A stretch of DNA of 63,383 bases, filler included, from Aduncisulcus paluster (lineage: Eukaryota), in the NCBI GenBank assembly GCA_024181965.1. It is 8 parts of 8 records of this genome, joined end to end, with 100 filler letters (N's around TTAATTAATTAA, not from the genome) between each part and the next. Parts side by side here need not be neighbours in the genome. Positions count along the whole stretch, not along the records: positions 54,934 to 60,079 come from BQXS01010183.1; positions 60,180 to 63,383 come from BQXS01010184.1; 6 more parts are not named here. The stretch is one strand, 5' to 3'. Below are positions 59,148 through 63,383 of the stretch, piece after piece. A program made the translations under genes and the position numbers. How positions within the stretch are numbered: position 1 is the first letter of the stretch; every line of letters starts with the position of its first letter. The notes under the pieces are model-generated. The model had not been told where the DNA came from. It saw nothing but the letters and a program-made list of their open reading frames with translations, and did no database searches.

Positions 59148-59759
59148 TTACCTTCGTTCGAGGTCTTTCCTTAGGATAAGACTCTCGCGGGAAAGTCTCC
59201 AGGTTTCTCGTCCATCATCAGGTGTAGGGCCACTGAGCTGTTCAGCAATTCTTGCTTCCTCTTCCTCTTGTTTTCGCTTCTCTTCTTCCTCTATTTCTAT
59301 TTGCAGTATAATCGTCGAAATCTCGTCTCTCCTGTTGCAATCCACGATCATCTCATATCCTAATGTCCGATCAATCCATTTCCGTGACTGAATAACCTGC
59401 CTTCTTGATCCGTCCTTTTGACTCGCTTTCTTCTTTCTGTATCTCTCCGATTCCGAATCGGACGCTCTCCTCTTACCAATACCACTCGTCAACGAACTCG
59501 AATCCAAAATCTGAGGCAAATCGTGTCTGTGTATATTGTCAGCCACCCTGCTCACCTCCTCAGATTCTTCATCCTCAATGTTATCACTGACAAATGGAAT
59601 TAGCTCATCTTCCGATGAGTCTTCCACAATGACAACTCTGCCACCCTGACTCCGGAGAAGACGTTTTCTATTCCTTTCAGCAGCTTCTTGTTCCTTCATC
59701 TTTGTCATTTCATCATGGCTTACTTTCCCCCTATTAATGATTTTACCTTTTCTATACAT
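59148..59759 (-). CDS. Charged hypothetical ORF, probably transposon accessory or remnant
   Basis: 203-aa ORF on the same strand as the transposase fragments; contains one copy of the 68-bp repeat. Confidence 0.4.
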   Translation of the reverse strand: MYRKGKIINRGKVSHDEMTKMKEQEAAERNRKRLLRSQGGRVVIVEDSSEDELIPFVSDNIEDEESEEVSRVADNIHRHDLPQILDSSSLTSGIGKRRASDSESERYRKKKASQKDGSRRQVIQSRKWIDRTLGYEMIVDCNRRDEISTIILQIEIEEEEKRKQEEEEARIAEQLSGPTPDDGRETWRLSRESLILRKDLERR

Positions 59760-60179
59760 TTCTTCCGAGCTTCCTTTTTGGCAAGAGGGAACACTGAATC
59801 GACTTTTGAACAGGAAGTTCTATTACGATTCCACAACCTTCGGATCGTGATTAATGGGAGAAAGATATCTGGTCTCAATAAGAAGTGAAGGATATCGGTG
59901 GCGCTCGGTGATATTGCGAACACGCAAGTGATTTTCTGGCGCTGGCATCTCAGTATCAATTCTTCCTTTGCCGAGGAACTCAGGCAGAAAGACAAGAACT
60001 GAGTCATGTATCCTCCAAGGTGGAGGACCTCCAGGTGCATGCGGTACAAACCTCATCTCTTGTTGGATCTCTACCCAACNNNNNNNNNNNNNNNNNNNNN
60101 NNNNNNNNNNNNNNNNNNNNNNNTTAATTAATTAANNNNNNNNNNNNNNNNNNNNNNNNNNNNNNNNNNNNNNNNNNNN

Positions 60180-62531
60180 AGATATATCATAAACGCGCAA
60201 GAAATCTCTAAATCTTTGATACCATCTGAACATAACACTGACTCTGTTGGAGCATTCGGTGAGAGCGAAGTCTTGAGCAAGAGACGAATTGCCAAAATGT
60301 ACAATCGAGGGCCAAAACGGGTGCCAAGTCGGCAAAAATCTTGGCTTTCTCTCATTACATCGACTCTTCATGAACATACTCAATCTGACAATTCAGAAGT
60401 TTATCCCTCATCACAATCAGAAAAAGATTACACATACTCCGCTTCCCCTTCTTCCTCAATCGATGGTTCTCTTGATGTGGAGAAAATGTCAAAAAAAGTG
60501 ACCCAAAAGAAACTCAAAGACATTGGAATGGACACAATAGGATTCAAAGTTTTGAATTGTGAGAAATTCAGTCATTTTTTTCACACCGGAACAACCTTTT
60601 TCCATATGTTAGAATGTATTTGTAATATTTCTGAACCGTATATGTTTCCTGATAAATTCAAATTCTCGAATCGTTCTTTCAAAGGATTAATTCTTTTTGT
60701 TGTAAAAATTTCTTTGGAAAGATTGATATTGGTTTGTGAAGAGGAATTATATTCAAATTTGTGGACTTGGCATCATTTTTTGGAATATCAAAAATACTTC
60801 TCAATTTTGAAGGTATTCTCTGGTCAGCATTTTTTTGATCTTAGTGGCGTCATGTCTCTTCTTGATGACTGTAGTTCGCCATTATTTTTTCCTTTTTCAA
60901 CGAAATGGTTGAAAGATGGGGCTGATTCTCAAAATAGAGTCTTTGATATCTCCACCCTCCAGGCTTGTAAGGTTTCTCCAAAAGATAGACACACAATCCT
61001 CAAGAAAACAAGATCAGTAATCTTTTATATTTTTTCTAATTTACCTAACTGGTGTGGGGTAGAAATATGTGCATTAAACGTTTTTCTCCTGTTGAATAGT
61101 CTTATTATACCAAAAGAAAAGCATAGCATACATTTCTTGGATAATTTGGAAAACTATCTCGATACTTTTGGATCGTCTCCGGCTTTTATGGAGGGATTTG
61201 CCCTTTTTTACCTTCAAATTAACTCATTTTATCTCTCAATTCCCGAAATATTTAACACTTTGATCACTAAAGTAACAATTCTCCTCGAAACATCCAAAGA
61301 ATCAAGAGATAAAATCCTTCTTCATTTGAGATTCCTTGCAAAATGCCTTGAAATTGCTATTCCTATTGAAATGCAACGCAACATGGCACATTCTATTCTT
61401 GAAGAACCCGAAATGAAACGTTGTCACATTTCGTCTCATACAAATATTTCTATGATGCGACAAATTTACCCCAAAATACTCAGTAATGTTCAACAATTTC
61501 AGTCACCAGTTAGTACCAAGACAAAACCAGAAATACTAACTCTTCGTGATCGTTTATACGATTTGGCAACAACCTTTCTATATGAATCATATGATATTGA
61601 TATCCAGTCAATTTCTGCTTCTCTCATAGTGTTGGCAAGTGCATATTTTCTCCAAGATATTGAATGTACATTTGACATAATATATCACTCCTTTTTGGTG
61701 CCCACTGAAGTTATTTCATCTTCGACAAGGTGTTTTGACTCCAATGAATCCCCATCATACTGTGATTCTCAGCCTTTTTCCCAAGTATTCCAATCTCTTC
61801 TGATAATCCACAATTTTTTAAACAATCCTTTTACTCATTTCTTTTTTTTCCATCTTCTTCCAACAAATCCCATCCAAAGCGAGGATTCTTGGAGCAAAGC
61901 TGATGATTTTTTGAAAGATATTGTACGGTATCTCTCATTTTTTCTCTCTCCTTCAATTTCTACTCAAATGCAGAAAATTTCTCTTCAATGTATATTTCAT
62001 TTATTCTCCATTATCCATGAAATCGGTTTCCCTACTTTTCCACCAGATCTTTTTTCGTTATTGGAGAACATGGGCGATATCATATTGTTTGTGCCACACT
62101 TATCCTTCTTCGCAGCCAATTATTTTGAAGAATTGTTGATATCATATTCAACCGAGTTCTCATCGAATAATGAATTTCTCAACTATATACAATCTTTCTA
62201 TGTGATATTGCAAAAAGATAATCCTGAATATCGCGAATTGGAGAATCTAAGATCAACAATTGTAAGCTTATACCATTCCCAAGAAGAAGAGTTATCCATC
62301 TCTCAAACTTGTGAACCTTTCTCGTATTGTTCTTCTGTCGAGATACACGAATCAACAAGTGAAATCAGAAGTCAGGATGTAACAGTAGTTAATGAGATTC
62401 TTGAAATTCAAAGAACGTGCAAAACGTCATTTTGTCGAAATATTTTAGAATTTTCAACGATTGGGCAGTCTTCCTTTGATCCTCTTGATTTCTTGGAATT
62501 AGACTCATTTTTTCTCTTCCTTCCAAATTGA
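60180..62531 (+). CDS. Hypothetical helical protein, 5'-truncated
   Basis: Open from the contig start, about 780 aa. Confidence 0.7.
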   Translation, partial: RYIINAQEISKSLIPSEHNTDSVGAFGESEVLSKRRIAKMYNRGPKRVPSRQKSWLSLITSTLHEHTQSDNSEVYPSSQSEKDYTYSASPSSSIDGSLDVEKMSKKVTQKKLKDIGMDTIGFKVLNCEKFSHFFHTGTTFFHMLECICNISEPYMFPDKFKFSNRSFKGLILFVVKISLERLILVCEEELYSNLWTWHHFLEYQKYFSILKVFSGQHFFDLSGVMSLLDDCSSPLFFPFSTKWLKDGADSQNRVFDISTLQACKVSPKDRHTILKKTRSVIFYIFSNLPNWCGVEICALNVFLLLNSLIIPKEKHSIHFLDNLENYLDTFGSSPAFMEGFALFYLQINSFYLSIPEIFNTLITKVTILLETSKESRDKILLHLRFLAKCLEIAIPIEMQRNMAHSILEEPEMKRCHISSHTNISMMRQIYPKILSNVQQFQSPVSTKTKPEILTLRDRLYDLATTFLYESYDIDIQSISASLIVLASAYFLQDIECTFDIIYHSFLVPTEVISSSTRCFDSNESPSYCDSQPFSQVFQSLLIIHNFLNNPFTHFFFFHLLPTNPIQSEDSWSKADDFLKDIVRYLSFFLSPSISTQMQKISLQCIFHLFSIIHEIGFPTFPPDLFSLLENMGDIILFVPHLSFFAANYFEELLISYSTEFSSNNEFLNYIQSFYVILQKDNPEYRELENLRSTIVSLYHSQEEELSISQTCEPFSYCSSVEIHESTSEIRSQDVTVVNEILEIQRTCKTSFCRNILEFSTIGQSSFDPLDFLELDSFFLFLPN

Positions 62532-62679
62532 TGGCAATAAACAAATATTTCTTTTACTTTCTAAATGCGGCTGTTAATTCAATATATTTGTTTTTAATGT
62601 ACAAGTTGTACAACAGAGAACTTCTCTAAGACCATTATTCTGTAGTGGTGTAAGGGTCACCATATCTGGAACAGGCCTT

Positions 62680-63383
62680 TTATGGTATAGAGGTCAAACC
62701 ACATTGGGATGCAAGGAAGACAGAAAGGATATCTTCTCGATGTGTTTGGTAAAGTGATTTTGAGTCAGGACATTTCTTAATAGCTTCAACTAATTCATAC
62801 CATTTCTTCAGAGAAGGATGACAGTTATCAAGATATCTTGCATAATCATCAGTCAATCCTCTATTTTCATAACAACAGTCCATCTTGGCATCATATTTAG
62901 CAGATAGTTGAGGAACAAGAGATGGTACAGTGGAAAGCATGGAAATGAGTTTGGACCAGTATTTGACTCCCCAGATATCAGTGTCCTCTCCTTCACTTTT
63001 CTTCTTCACTATCTCAAACCAGCTATCAAGAAGACCATCTTTAATGCAATCATGAACTTCAATGGCTTGGGAAGGAATACAACTCAAATTGCAAAAGAAA
63101 CACAAACATGAAATGACACATTCATCATCAAATGCAATACCTTTGGAAGCAGTGTCCTTGATAATATCCAAGACAGGGTGGAAGACAAACCAAAGTTGTG
63201 AGGAACGATCTTTAGCAGAACCGATGTTATCCTTATCATTTGTGATGTTCTTCAAGATATTCATCCACAAGAAAAAGAACTTCTTATCAGGATACTTCTT
63301 CATCCATGGCAAGATATGGGGGAGAAGAATGGATAAAAGGGAGTTCTTGGTGGGATCGTCTTCAGAGAATGCAACATTCCTAC
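62680..63383 (-). CDS. ARM-like lineage-expanded family protein, begins beyond the window end
   Basis: Helical W/C-rich ORF of more than 210 aa (LWFVFHPVLD...CLCFFCNLSC). Confidence 0.55.
   Translation of the reverse strand, partial: RNVAFSEDDPTKNSLLSILLPHILPWMKKYPDKKFFFLWMNILKNITNDKDNIGSAKDRSSQLWFVFHPVLDIIKDTASKGIAFDDECVISCLCFFCNLSCIPSQAIEVHDCIKDGLLDSWFEIVKKKSEGEDTDIWGVKYWSKLISMLSTVPSLVPQLSAKYDAKMDCCYENRGLTDDYARYLDNCHPSLKKWYELVEAIKKCPDSKSLYQTHREDILSVFLASQCGLTSIP

Larger units (their letters stand above)
56736..59429. repeat. 68-bp direct repeat pair (56736-56803 and 59362-59429)
   Basis: 65 of 68 bases identical by eye; not adjacent to any N gap. Confidence 0.85.

Noticed and set aside
1-63383. 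CRISPR arrays, rRNA, tRNA, operons or an alternative genetic code
   Set aside because: No repeat-spacer arrays or RNA gene cores were seen. Conserved genes translate fully with the standard code and end in TAA, TAG or TGA.

Overview
This window is eukaryotic, not prokaryotic. It is a gene-dense, intron-poor genome with AT-rich intergenic DNA and Ser/Glu-rich proteins. The repeat-protein families resemble, from memory only, those of the anaerobic fornicate Aduncisulcus paluster. It consists of 8 contigs joined by artificial 100-nt N/TTAATTAATTAA/N linkers, and it has eight 20-N gaps whose flanks are duplicated (assembly artefacts that split or inflate several ORFs). Recognisable genes: RING-H2 protein, 14-TM MFS transporter, methionyl-tRNA synthetase, ATAD2/Yta7-like AAA+ ATPase, Cet1-type RNA triphosphatase, a CHD-like protein with a degenerate ATPase, an HPS1-like protein, an alpha2delta/CACHD1-like Cache protein, a YeeE/YedE sulfur transporter, a CHY/RING protein and an SH3-SH3-PH protein. 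Three GT-AG introns were read directly from the sequence. Signals missing from the ORF track are the C-terminal remnant of a Fanzor/TnpB RNA-guided nuclease with palindromes over its stop codon (1144-1296, minus), a candidate snR73/U35-like C/D snoRNA (about 10102-10187, minus) and a cluster of decayed CACTA/EnSpm-type transposases (about 56250-60079). All family calls come from motif recognition by eye; no searches were run.
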